DNA of 64,000 bases, taken from Ginglymostoma cirratum. Taxonomy: Eukaryota. Of the stretch, positions 48,643-60,199 are shown one piece after another. The notes under the pieces were generated by a model. That model saw only the letters and a program-made list of their open reading frames with translations. It searched no databases and had not been told where the DNA came from. The position numbers were made by a program, and so were the translations under genes. The DNA is taken from contig JAHRHZ010000105.1 in NCBI GenBank assembly GCA_024137785.1, positions 6,328,219-6,392,218 of the forward strand, read 5' to 3'. How positions within the stretch are numbered: position 1 is the stretch's first letter; each line of letters opens with the position of its first letter.

Positions 48643-49725
48643 AGTAGACTGGTAGAGTAGTTATTAAGGTTATATCGTAGAGGGACAGGGGTAGCCATCC
48701 AATTGGATACAAATTTGGCTTGAAAGTAGGAGACAGACGGTGTTGTTAGAGGATTTATTGACTGTGACCAGAGGTGTGCCACAAGGACTGGAGCTGTGTC
48801 CATTGCTTTTCATGATTTATAAAAATGATTTGAATGTGAAAATGGGAGGTATGGTTAGTAAGTTTGCAGATAACACCAAAATAGTAGTGTCATGGACTGT
48901 GAAGAAGATAATTTCAGAGTGCAATGAGAGCTTGATTTGATGTGCCAATGGGCTGAGGAGTGGCAGATGGATTTTAATTTAGATAAATGTGAGGTGTTGC
49001 ATTTTACTAAGGCAAACCAGGGCAGGAAATGTTGCCGAACAAAATGACCTAGGGGTGCAAGTGCACAGATCCTTAAAAATGAAGTTGCAGGTAGATAGGG
49101 TGGTGAAGAAGGTGTTTGGGATGCTTGCCTTCATTGTTCAGAACATTGATTGTAGGATTTGGGATGCCATGTTGCGCTGTACACAATTTTGGTGAGGCCA
49201 CTTTTAGAATACAGTGTAACAATACTGATTGTCCTCTTATAGGGATGTTGTTAAATTTGAGAGGGTGCAGAAAAGATTTAAAAGGATGTTCCCAGGACTA
49301 GAGAGTTTGAGTTATTGGGAAAGGCTGAATATCTGCAGCTTTCTTCCCTGGAGCGTCGGAGTCTGAGGGGCGACCTTATAGAGGTTTATATATCCATGAG
49401 GGGCATGGATAGGGTGAATAGCCAAGGTCTTATTCTTAAGTTGGGGGAGTCCACAACTAGAGGGCATAGGCTTAAGGTGAGGGGCAAAGAAAAGGACCTG
49501 AGGAGTAATTTTGTCATGCACAGAGTGGGCATATATGAAACAAGCTGCCAGAGGAGGTGGTGGGGGTGGGTACAATTGCGTCATTCAAAAGGCATCTTAA
49601 TGGGTCCATGAATAAGAAGAGTTTAGAGGGATATGAGCCAAATGCTGGCAAATAAGACTAGATCAGATTCAGATGTCTGATGATTTGTCAGAAGGGTCTG
49701 TTTCCGTGCTGTATGACTCTATGAC
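48643..49725 (+). mobile_element. CR1/HER1 LINE 3' fragment
   Basis: VTRGVPQGLELCPLLF.IY.NDL...GGMVSKFADNTK and SLERRSLRGDLIEVY..MRGMDRV; tail GCTGTATGACTCTATGAC. Confidence 0.92.
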
Positions 49726-51491
49726 CAACCAATAATAAAAAGCAAGTAGACAAATGTACTAAACAATATCATTAAATTCTGTTGTGTATTAGAGATCATA
49801 GAGCTTCTTGAACGGCGCTTAAGGCCTAATGCATGGGGTGTCTCATGTATCCTGTCACAATTTTTCTTTGTTACTTTATATTTTGTGATGCAATTTGCTT
49901 GCTTCTTCTATTAATGTTTATTTCTTGCCCTCAAGCCTTAAAAGTCCAATTCTCTGCAGTGTCCCTTCAACTCATGGGCACCACACTATTTATTGCCCAG
50001 ACAGCAGTTAAGAGTCAAGCGTATTGCTGTGGCTCCAGAGTTAGATGCGGGTCAGAACACTTCATTCCCTAAAGGGTATTAGTGAACAAATGAATGTTTA
50101 AACAACAATCAGCCAACAATTACTACTAATTACAGACTTTTTTTTTGCTGAACTCAAACTTTACCATCTCCCAGGATGGGATTTGAACCCAGAGAGCCCA
50201 CAGAACATTGGCCTGGGGTGTCTGACTTGTTAGCTCAAGTGACATTTCCACTATACCTTCTGTGTAGCTACTGTGTTGAAACTATGTAATTTCCCAACTT
50301 CTCCAGATCGTACTTTCCCAGAATATCACTAACAGCGACTGCTTACATTTGTGATTGCTCTGTCTACCTATAATTTATCAATTTTTAGGACCCTAATTTG
50401 GCCACAATAAAATCACTTGTTTTGCTTTACTGCCATATCTGCTACGTTTTACAAACATAATTGTTTCTGCTGGAGATACCACATCATTATAAGAACCATT
50501 TTATGTGAGTGTACATTATTTGTAATTGCCCAATTATCTGGAAATATCTAATAGTAGGCACCTGCTGCAAATTCACTGGGGAATTATTTGTAGTTCATCT
50601 ATCGTCTCCCTTAGTGTAGCATTTTATGCAGCAGTGCAGTTTCACAAGCTTTCTAATATTTTGAGAACTCTGTATTCTTCCTTTACACATTCCCCGTTTT
50701 TGGCACTTCAATTGGTATTTGTGCCTTAAATTGTTTAGATCCTGAGCTGGAATTTCCTCCCTTAAGCTCTCCACCCTTCCATTAAGACACTCCTTAAAAC
50801 CTATTCCTCACCAAGCTTTTAGTCATCCATTCCAAGGTCTCTGTATTTCACCTGATTTTTTAAAAATTTGAGTACAATTCTAACCAGCAACTTTACTGCA
50901 GTGAAAGTGACAGATAAATAAAGAAAGATCATTGTTCCTCTTTGTTGTTGTATTCTAGCATCTTATTCAACATCATACTTTTTAACTGCGCTCGAATGAT
51001 AACAATCAAGCTATTGTCTTGTTGCTTTTTGCTGTGCTGTTATTGAGAGAATGTAGGGCACAACATTTTTGCTGTGTTTCCTACATTAAAACAGTGACTT
51101 CACTTCAAAAAAATACTACATTGTGAAACACATTTGAACTTCATGAAGTTGTGAAAGACATGCTAAAAAATGCAAGTTCTTTCTCATATTTTACATAGCA
51201 TAATGTGTGTGTTTAGCCAATGAGTCACTGGTGAAACCTTTGTAAGGTAATGACTGAAACAGGATTGAATATGTACTCAGTGCTGAAGTCAGGAATCATT
51301 TGCAGCAAGAGGGTGAGTAGGTAATTTACACCCTGACAATGCCAGTTGGAGTCCATGATTTCCCTGGCACTTCCAACCAGCTATGTGGTTGGAATAAGTT
51401 TACACAGTGGCAGTGCTGCCACTCCAGTACACATTGTTGCACTGTTGCCATGCAGAATGACTATTTATGCTATAACATGCCAAGATAAAAC

Positions 51492-51650
51492 CTAAGACCA
51501 TAAGATGTAGGAGCAGAAGTGGGCCATTCAGCCGATTGAGTCTGCTCATCATTCAATGAGATCATGGCAGATCTGATGGTTCTCAACTTGACTTTACTGC
51601 CTTTTCACCATAATCTTTGATTCCCTTTTGATTAATAATCAGTCTTTCTC
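51492..51650 (-). mobile_element. CR1 LINE 3' tail
   Basis: TAAGACCATAAGATGTAGGAGCAGAAGTGGGCCATTCAGCC. Confidence 0.75.
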
Positions 51651-51691
51651 ATATACGTAACCTGAAACCTTATGATAACTTCACACCTAAG

Positions 51692-51773
51692 TCAGAGATA
51701 AAAGGTACAGCAGATGCTGGACAATCCGAGATAACAAGCATGGGGCTGGATGAACACAGCAGGTCAAGCAGCA
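51692..51773 (-). mobile_element. Young Penelope terminus running into the gap
   Basis: TCAGAGATAAAAGGTACAGCAGATGCTGGACAATCCGAGATAACAAGCATGGGGCTGGATGAACACAGCAGGTCAAGCAGCA; same subfamily as the copies at 31003 and 43062. Confidence 0.93.
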
Positions 51774-52173
51774 NNNNNNNNNNNNNNNNNNNNNNNNNNN
51801 NNNNNNNNNNNNNNNNNNNNNNNNNNNNNNNNNNNNNNNNNNNNNNNNNNNNNNNNNNNNNNNNNNNNNNNNNNNNNNNNNNNNNNNNNNNNNNNNNNNN
51901 NNNNNNNNNNNNNNNNNNNNNNNNNNNNNNNNNNNNNNNNNNNNNNNNNNNNNNNNNNNNNNNNNNNNNNNNNNNNNNNNNNNNNNNNNNNNNNNNNNNN
52001 NNNNNNNNNNNNNNNNNNNNNNNNNNNNNNNNNNNNNNNNNNNNNNNNNNNNNNNNNNNNNNNNNNNNNNNNNNNNNNNNNNNNNNNNNNNNNNNNNNNN
52101 NNNNNNNNNNNNNNNNNNNNNNNNNNNNNNNNNNNNNNNNNNNNNNNNNNNNNNNNNNNNNNNNNNNNNNNNN
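51774..52173. other. Assembly gap (400 N)
   Basis: Run of N. Confidence 1.
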
Positions 52174-52499
52174 GGGCTGGATAAACATTTAAATGATCTC
52201 TCGCCTATACAACAAGGAAATGATTGATTGCTTTGTGATAGCCCAACTTATTTGCAATATTTGCACATAAAAATCTGTGTATTGTTCCTCCAATTTTCAA
52301 GTTACTAAAGTGGGTTGATTTCAAAGGAGACATCCATTATCAGAATGGTCCCACCATTTCAGATTGGATTCATGACATAATTCCAGAACAGACAGAAATA
52401 CTTTATGTGTGTACGGTTCTTGACATGCCTATTTTTCTCTTTTATTTTAATCCTGTTTGTTTCTTGAAAAAAATCCACATTCTTCCAATTCCCAATTGG

Positions 52500-52735
52500 T
52501 CATTGGAACAACATCACCTGCAATTTCCCCTCGAAACCATACGCCATCTGACTTGGAAATATACTGCTGAGCCTTCAGTGTCACTGGGTTAAAATTCTAG
52601 AACTCCATCCCTAACGGCATTGAGCATCTACCTACGTAGCACAGTAGTTCAAGAAGGCAGTTTACCACCATCTTCTCAAGGGAAGTAGATGCTGATCCAG
52701 CCAGGGATGCCCACGTCCCATGAGTGAATGGAAAA
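52500..52735 (+). mobile_element. LINE family B 3' fragment
   Basis: GGAACAACATCACCTGCAA...CTGACTTGGAAATATAC...GTTCAAGAAGGCAG...CTTCTCAAGGG...GCCCACGTCCCATGAGTGAAT. Confidence 0.75.
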
Positions 52736-53217
52736 TAAATAAACAAAAAGAAAATGCTTAGCAGGAAAAGTTGGTTGTTCAGAAGAAAGGAGTGCTCCTA
52801 TTAGGAAATTTTGGAACATCCTTCGCATTAATTGAGATGTTTTTGTTCAGCAATTCCCTCCTCAGGACTTATCTGACTGACCAGGGCCCTTCCGACCACC
52901 TGAATTCCTGTTGCTGCCTGATTTTCTTCTGGAATAAAAAACAGAAATTGCCAGAAATGTTCAACATCTCTTGGCAGAGAAACAAAGCTAACATTTCTGA
53001 TCTGTGGCCTTTCACCAGATTTATTTCAGAATTCCAACATCCCTGATATGTGTGTTTTGATTTTCTTCTGGAATTGAACAGGAGTTTAATCCTGAATATC
53101 AACATTGTAGTTTCTGACTCACTTTCCCTGCACATACCAATCCCACTCCAAACTAAATTTAAGGTGATAATCTGTACAAACAAAGTGGAAAGAATTTGCC
53201 CAAGGATGTTGGGAGAT

Positions 53218-53441
53218 TGAAATAACTGCACAGAAGCCAGTATCCCATGACCTAATCACCCTTTACTTACACATGTGCAGTACTGGGGCTCTGACCTGCC
53301 AGCTCAGAGCCAGTCTCTAGATAGGGGAGACTCTTTGAATCGCCTGTTTATATTTGTCAGCCCAGATTGGCCCAGGTTAACAACCCCAATCAAGGATCGC
53401 ATAGTCAGTGGATCCACCCAGCCCTTGTTCCAGTCACTACA
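53218..53441 (-). mobile_element. Small solo LTR with 5-bp TSD
   Basis: TG...CA termini (TGAAATAAC...CACTACA); TSD GAGAT at 53213-53217 and 53442-53446; homologous to 38201-38423. Confidence 0.85.
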
Positions 53442-56400
53442 GAGATATATCTGCTAGTTCCTCAAAGCAAGAATGACACTTGTTCATGGCAATAGAATGC
53501 ACTCAAGCGACTTTAAACCTGGGGAGGCTGTTGTATTCCAGCCGAAATATAGTTCAGGCTGATAAGGAAAGTCTTTTGCTCTTACCATCTGCCTTTGGTG
53601 TAACAGGAAGATTTACAGATCATTAATCACCCACTTTGGACATGAGTTGCTACATTCCCTTAATGGCCATTGAGACTTGAGATGAGACTTGAGCCTATCA
53701 CAGCAACACAAGATCGCTGTTGGGAAATAGAATGGCAAGTGAAACTTGGATTCCTTAGTGGCTGTGTGAGAGTGACTGGATTCAGGTTACTTCTATAGCT
53801 GCAAACTTCAGCAATGCTTTCACTTACTTGGTTTTGAACCAGCATGAATCATTTGGAAGAAGTACACCGCATTGTTGATTTCAGGTTCTCACTGGCATAA
53901 AGAATAGGACTGATATCATTTTCTATAACTCCAAAAGAACTTTGCATTCCTCAAACTCTGGGAAATGGACATCCCCATTTCCATCCTCCTACCTTTTGCA
54001 GCACGTTGATAATCATCTGGACACTAACTGAGCTGAGTCACTCGCAGAAGATGACATTAGCAATTGTCTATATATTGTAGCATGCAAAACAGAGTGGTGT
54101 GGAACAAGCTAAATGGAGCAGACGGGTTAGTTTCTCTCTGTCATTGTTCATGTTTACATTGGTCTTTAAGGATATCTGTAAAACACGGTGTCTGGTCGGG
54201 TTAGCTACAGTGGAACTTAAAAAGAAAAATCACATGCACATGAGAGTCTGTGTATTGCCGGATCTACATTGTTCGAAAATAGCACCTCTTTGAAAAGAGC
54301 AACAGGGACTTGTCTTTGGAGGGTGTCTGTCACTTTAAGGGAAAACAGGCAGCAGCCATCATCCCTCCCTTTTGCCCACTACTCCCTGCCAATTTACATT
54401 GATAACCAGTCAACCTCTCCCTGTCTCCAAAACCTACTCCAGCCCTTCATGTTTCTGAGAAGCCTCAGCTGTGCGGAAGTGCTGAAGATAATGCACATTC
54501 CTAATGATAATGGAGGCCCTATCAGAAAGGATCCCTCTCTCACACAGTGCAGGCTGGTAATTGTCAGATAGCGGGTCAGCTTCTGAGCTCATCATGTGCA
54601 GAATGCTAAATAGCAAAAAGAGATCCAATGACTAGGAAAAGGAAAAGAAACTGGCTCATTTATTGCCTGATTCCTCCAATAAAGTGTCCAAATCAATACA
54701 ACAAATTAACACTTGTTTTCCCTGTCTTTTAAATAATGGAAAGTTGTTGTTGCTACCACAAATATTTGAGGTGACTCACGTAAAGGCAAAACTAGATAAA
54801 CAAATAAGCAGAAGTAATAGAAAGATAATAATAAAGTGAGGCAGACTGACTTGTCTAAACCATTAACATCAGTATGGACTCGTTGGCCTGTTTCTGTGCT
54901 GTAAGTATCAAGACTATGTAAAGTAATAGAATTTCCAGCTGCAGCACCCCTGAAGGCACCATGTTTTACTCAGGTACAGAACTATGCAGAACTTAGATGT
55001 AGGCAATTCAGCCCATTGAGTTTATGCAAACATTTATGTCACGGATGTGCCTTCTCCCATGTCAGCTTTCCTCGCACAATCAGCATTAACTTCTACTCTT
55101 TTCTCCCTCATGTATGTATTCAGCTTCGCCAGTTTCAATATCTCACTGAAATGGCAACACTTCAAGTGTGTGCCTCGACGGAATGGTGAGAATTTGCCCA
55201 GATTTTTATTCTTCTGCGCTGAGATTCTGTGCTATAACATGAGGCAGTCATGTCCTTCCCGATTGAAAAGATGATGCACAAGGCCAAATAGTTGCACATT
55301 TAGTTCATTTTCTGGTTACTGCTGAAGGGCAGATGCCTCTTCTATGGTGGCAATGGAAGGTATTTGTCAATCAGTGAGCTTTGTCATACTGTTGATAAAA
55401 TATAGCCAGGAATGACTCATATTAAGAAAATAACCAACTGTGCCTTTAGCTGACTAGGCCCTAGAATTCCACTACGAAACACTGGTCTGCCTTTTTACCT
55501 CTCCGTCCCTGCCTTTAAGAGGCTCCTTAAAACTTATCTCATTGACCAATCTTTTGTTCATCTGTCCTGCTATATCTCTTTGAAGCTCAGAGTCTGATTC
55601 TACTCCTATGAAGTATCTTAAAGGAAAAGGAGAAGAGTCTCACATTTATGTAATTCACAACTGCTAGACTTCTCAAAGCACTTTCCACGCAGTGCCTTGC
55701 TTTTTGAGGTAGTCACCTGTTATAAGACAGGAAATACGGCACCCAGTTTGTACACAGCAAGCTCCCACAAACAGCATTGTGGTAATAATCAGATAACTAG
55801 TTTTTTTTGGAAAGTAAGAACAGAGGATGCTGGAAATATTCTGCAGGTCTAGCAACATCTATGGAGAGAAAATCAGGGGGCTGAATTTTACCAGATATCA
55901 ACTAAGTATCATTTTCAAAAGCTTTTTAGAGAGTTTGTCTCCCTGGGGCTAAGCACGTTTTCTCATAGGCAATTATCCCTAATGCACCTCATTAATGATG
56001 TACCATTATGATGCCCTACTCATCCAATGCTTGTTCGTTTCTCTCACTCATTGTAGGTGGAAGCACTCCTCACTGCTGGGATATCCCAAGACACCTGGCA
56101 CCAGCACCACTTTTGAACCCAGTCATGCACCTGGTCAAGTGTTGGCAGTCTGGAGTCACCATGAATACTGTGGGACAGCATCCACAAACTAATACGCCTC
56201 ATGACACAGAGCTAACTTGGATGATACTTCCTTCCAGATATACTGCACATTCCTGCACCTATCGCAATTTAAGCACTGAGCCACATAACTTAGCTGTCCC
56301 TAGCCACATCCCATCTTACTCCAAACCCTTTCTCCAATGCCCACTATAGTCCAGTATCTTATCATTGTTTAATGTGAGACCATTACATACAGGTCACACT

Positions 56401-56619
56401 CATTCTTATTTGCCAACACTAAAAACCAACATAAATCAAACAAATAGAAGTTGCATTTGCCTCTCAGAACAGAAACAGACTGTTTGCCTGTTGAGCACCT
56501 GTGATTTTACAGTCAATGAACAATCACAGCTCCCAGCTCTCCACTGGAGTCCTGTCAATTGAGTCCTGCCTGGTTGGCAGCAGGGGCACTCTATCATTGC
56601 AGAAGGAGATATTGCTCCC

Positions 56620-57860
56620 ACTCAGTGTTCTCATCCTCCTTCTCACAACACTACTCCCACTCTCCCAGGTCGTCATGCTCCATCACATTGCTGCTTTGCC
56701 TGCTCCAGTTGTACAGAGCACAGCGTGCTCGGATGATGTGGCACACCTCTGTCCAGACTTTACCGTGAGACTTCTAGATCCTGCTCAAAGCAGTGAGGTC
56801 TTATCTTCAGGAGACCTGTCATCTGTTCTTGTCAAAGTTTGGGCTACATTTTATCTGAACTCAGTCAGGGGACTGTTCAATGGAGTCATCAGCCATGGTC
56901 ACAGTGGGTAGCCTTTGCCTCCCAGTAACCATCCTGGCAAGGTATCTGGACTCGCAACATTCTCAAGGATATGGACATCATGGCAGCTCCCAGGGTACAT
57001 GGCACGCATTTCTCGGAAGCAGAACCAGCGGTCACAGATAACTTATACCTTGATGGAATGGAATCATTTCTATTGTTTAACTCAGCTGTGTTATGAAATA
57101 GGTCTCTCAATACAATGTGTTTACAGTGTATTACAGCCTGGGGGAAGCCCGCTTTGTTGCTGAATCTAACTGCTCAGGCTGTAGCCCAGACTCATCTTAG
57201 GGCAATGAGATTGGGGTGGCATAACAGTTAGTACCGCTGCCTCCCAGGTTCAATTCTAACCTTGGGGTGAATGTCTTGTGTGGAGTTTGCATGTTCTCCC
57301 TGCTCCCTCCCACCGGATGCTCCACTTTCCTTTCACAGTCCAAAAAACCTGGTCAAATTCATTCTTATTCACTAACACCAAAAACCAACAGAGATCGAAC
57401 AAATAGAAACTGCATTTGCAGATTAGGTGGCTTGGCCATATTAAAATAAAATTGTCGTAACATCCAAGGATGTGCAGGTTAGATGGATTACCCATAGTAA
57501 AAACCCTGTGGAGGGTTATAGGCATGGTGTAGAGGGATGGGGCTGGATAGGATGTTCTTCAGACAGCTGGTGCAGACTTGATGGGCTGATTGGCATCTTT
57601 CTGCACCGTGGGGATTCTATGAGATGAAGTGCTCTGTTTGGGAACAAATGGCATCTGTAACATCCTTGATTATATTTGTGGGTGGACAACTGAGTGATCC
57701 CACACACACTCTCAGTGGATTTTTGGAAGCAGTCAGTTGCATAAAAGTTCAATGTACCTGTCACATTGATGGCCACTGGAATAGAATGGTCACCCACTCC
57801 TTCAGGGCACAGGTCCTGAACCAGCATCTGACAAACTTCTATGATAGTATCCCAGGGCAT
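56620..57860 (-). pseudogene. Harbinger (HARBI1-like, DDE) transposase pseudogene, split by a SINE
   Basis: IPVAINVTGTLNFYATDCFQ...CGITQ (57650-57860), then AGFP, YPGSCHDVHIL, GWLLGGKGYPL*PWLMTPL, GLLKIR and VCHIIRARCALYN across frameshifts. Confidence 0.85.
57212..57625 (+). mobile_element. HE1/V-SINE, degraded, inserted in the Harbinger transposase
   Basis: GTGTGGAGTTTGCATGTTCTCCC V-domain; tail TCTGCACCGTGGGGATTCTATGA; possible TSD ATGAGAT (57205-57211, 57619-57625). Confidence 0.8.
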
Positions 57861-58239
57861 CCCGGGTCTGTGTTCCTCACTCTACTGGAAGAAATGGCAT
57901 TGAGGCTGAAACACTCTGGTCCTCCTGTCCCACCTGTATATAATCAGCATTGACCTTCTCATATGGAGGTTATTTGACATTCGCTGGAGGCTGCTGCTAC
58001 TCCTGGGCTTGCTGGTGCATTAGTTGCTCCTCCATTTCCGTGTTGTCATTGCATCACAGCAACAGTGTCAGTTATCCCTCCAGTGGCTGGATCCACCATT
58101 TACACTCAGTGAACCCGTGTCAGGTACATTGGGAACAGAATGGGTCCTTAGTAATGCGAGCAGTCAGCATTCATGTCACTCACAAAACATACAGCTAAGC
58201 TATTCCTCCATACAGTGGCACAAGGAGTACTCCAACAAG

Positions 58240-58397
58240 GAGGGCCATGGAATGAGAAGCGAATGGTCCCGACCCGAAAAGTCAACTTTCCTGTTCCCCT
58301 GATGCTGCTTGGCCTGCTGTGTTCCTCCAGGTCACACACTGTGTTAACTCTGACTCCAGCATCTGCAGTTCTTACTATCTCTGAGGACCATGGAATG
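58240..58397 (+). mobile_element. Penelope-derived mini-element with ~15-bp TSD
   Basis: GAGGGCCATGGAATG (58240-58254) and GAGGACCATGGAATG (58383-58397) flank the body GGTCCCGACCCGAAAAGTCAAC...TACTATCTCTGA. Confidence 0.88.
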
Positions 58398-58540
58398 CCT
58401 ACTTTTACATTGGACCTTATTTTGATGAATGCAGCACAAATCATGTCACAAAGAAACAACAGGAAACTGTAATTGCTGAAGCCTTCTCCTTCTAGACTTC
58501 TGATATTCAGTAAAGGCATCGATGCATGTGTCTTGTATTA

Positions 58541-58852
58541 TCATAGATTCCCTACAGTGTGGAAACAGGCCCTTCGGCCCAACAAGTCCACAACAATGCT
58601 TGGAGCATCCCAACCAGACCCATCCCCTTATAACCCACCTAAACTACACATCCCTGAACACTACAAGCAATTTAGCATGGCCAATCCACCTAGCGTGCAC
58701 ATCTTTGGACTGTGGGAGGGAACTGGAGGAAACCCATGCAGACACAGGGAGAATGTGCAAACTCCACACAGACAGTCGCCCGAAGGTGGAATTGAACCCA
58801 GGTCCCTGGCGCCGTGAGGCAGCAGTGTTAACCACTGAACGACCATGCCACC
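58541..58852 (-). mobile_element. HE1/V-SINE, full length
   Basis: tRNA head with GGTTCAATTCC, V-domain TGTGTGGAGTTTGCACATTCTCCC...GATTGGCCATGCTAAATTG and a CR1-type tail GGGCCGAAGGGCCTGTTTCCACACTGTAG. Confidence 0.92.
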
Positions 58853-60199
58853 TCAACTTACAGATCAAGTTGAGAAGGAATCAATTCCTTATCCCTCTGC
58901 AGCCTATGAGCTCTTGCAATATATTTGTGCTTTGTGGTCCACTCATGCCTCTCTTAAGACCACCTGTGATTAATTCTGCTCCACAAAAGTGACTATCTTC
59001 AATCTGCAAGGATCATCAAGATTGTTGGTGACCCAGCACGTGCACCTCTCGGAGCTGGACTCTGCATGCTTTTCACATGCACAATGATACATTGCAAATG
59101 ATTATAATCACTTGGAAGTGCAGCCTGTGCATTTGGACAGAGAAAACTGTAGGTGATGTTCCAGTCTTTCTCAGTTCAGGGTTTGCATTTGGGAATCAAA
59201 AGATTCTGGAAGACAACGCAGTCTGCATTTGTCACTTCAGTCCTAGGCTCAGGTAGGTCACCCCCAGAGCTTCATGTCTCTTTCTTCCTGGTACTCCCTG
59301 GACAGCCCATCACTACTGACCCACCAGAAGGTCTCAACTAAATCCTGGAGTGATGGCTGCAATTCTCAACCTTACTCCCTGAGCCCCATCACTACAGTTA
59401 AATCCTGCCCATCATCATCATGCACAGTACCCCCATCAAGGCCAGGGTGGCAGTGAATGTCAATAACACTCCTCTCATGTTGCATCTCACGTCCTCCCAT
59501 GCACTACTGTACCTCCGCTGACCCCACCAACTTTATTGAATTTCCCCCTTCACACTGTCCTTGTTCTCTCTGCATCAAAGATTGCTGCATTCAATTCCCA
59601 CCCAACTGAGATTCCCTTCACAACTCTACCACAACAGTATCCCTTGATGCCCCCATGATTTACATTCCACTGACTTCCCCATGATTGAACATGGCTCAAT
59701 GCCCACTTACCAACTCGGATGAATGGCCCTGACTGATGAGTGACAAGACCTGTGACCAACCTTTGTGCAGTTGGACTCACTATATCAGGATCCTGACTGA
59801 TAGCATCCCCCAACTTGACTCAATTGAAGACCAGTCCCCTTCACCTTTGCAACTTGGGCACTTGTTGATGCACATGGAGTGTGTTTGCTGTGTAGGCTGT
59901 GGTCACATGGTCTGGTGTGAGATTGGCACAGCATGATGTCGTACAGCGACAAGTTTACCCTCTTGACTAATACCTGCTAACAATCTGAACAAGCTGCCTG
60001 GCTTCAATAATGAGAGATAAGCTATATTAATAGGCCCTTTGCCACTCAGTATAGGGAATGTTGACTTGACTTCCAACACCTGGTTAGAAAATGCAACTTT
60101 TCGTCTGGATGCTGAGAAGTGTCTCATTGGACCTCTCACTCAGTTTTCACAAATTTCTCACCATAGGCCAAGCCCCAGGAGGATTCAGTCCCTGCGAAT

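Larger units (their letters stand above)
55877..60192 (-). mobile_element. PIF/Harbinger DNA transposon relic
   Basis: Imperfect TIR GGGGCTGAAT (55877) / ATTCAGTCCC (60192), enclosing degenerate transposase motifs on the minus strand. Confidence 0.75.

Noticed and set aside
57516-57860. Domesticated HARBI1 host gene
   Set aside because: It has stops, frameshifts, altered catalytic motifs (GGKGY for GDKGY) and a SINE insertion, and TIR remnants are present.
2908-58397. Recurring repeat as a CRISPR-like array
   Set aside because: The copies are dispersed, in both orientations and carry TSDs; there is no spacer periodicity and no cas genes, and the context is eukaryotic.
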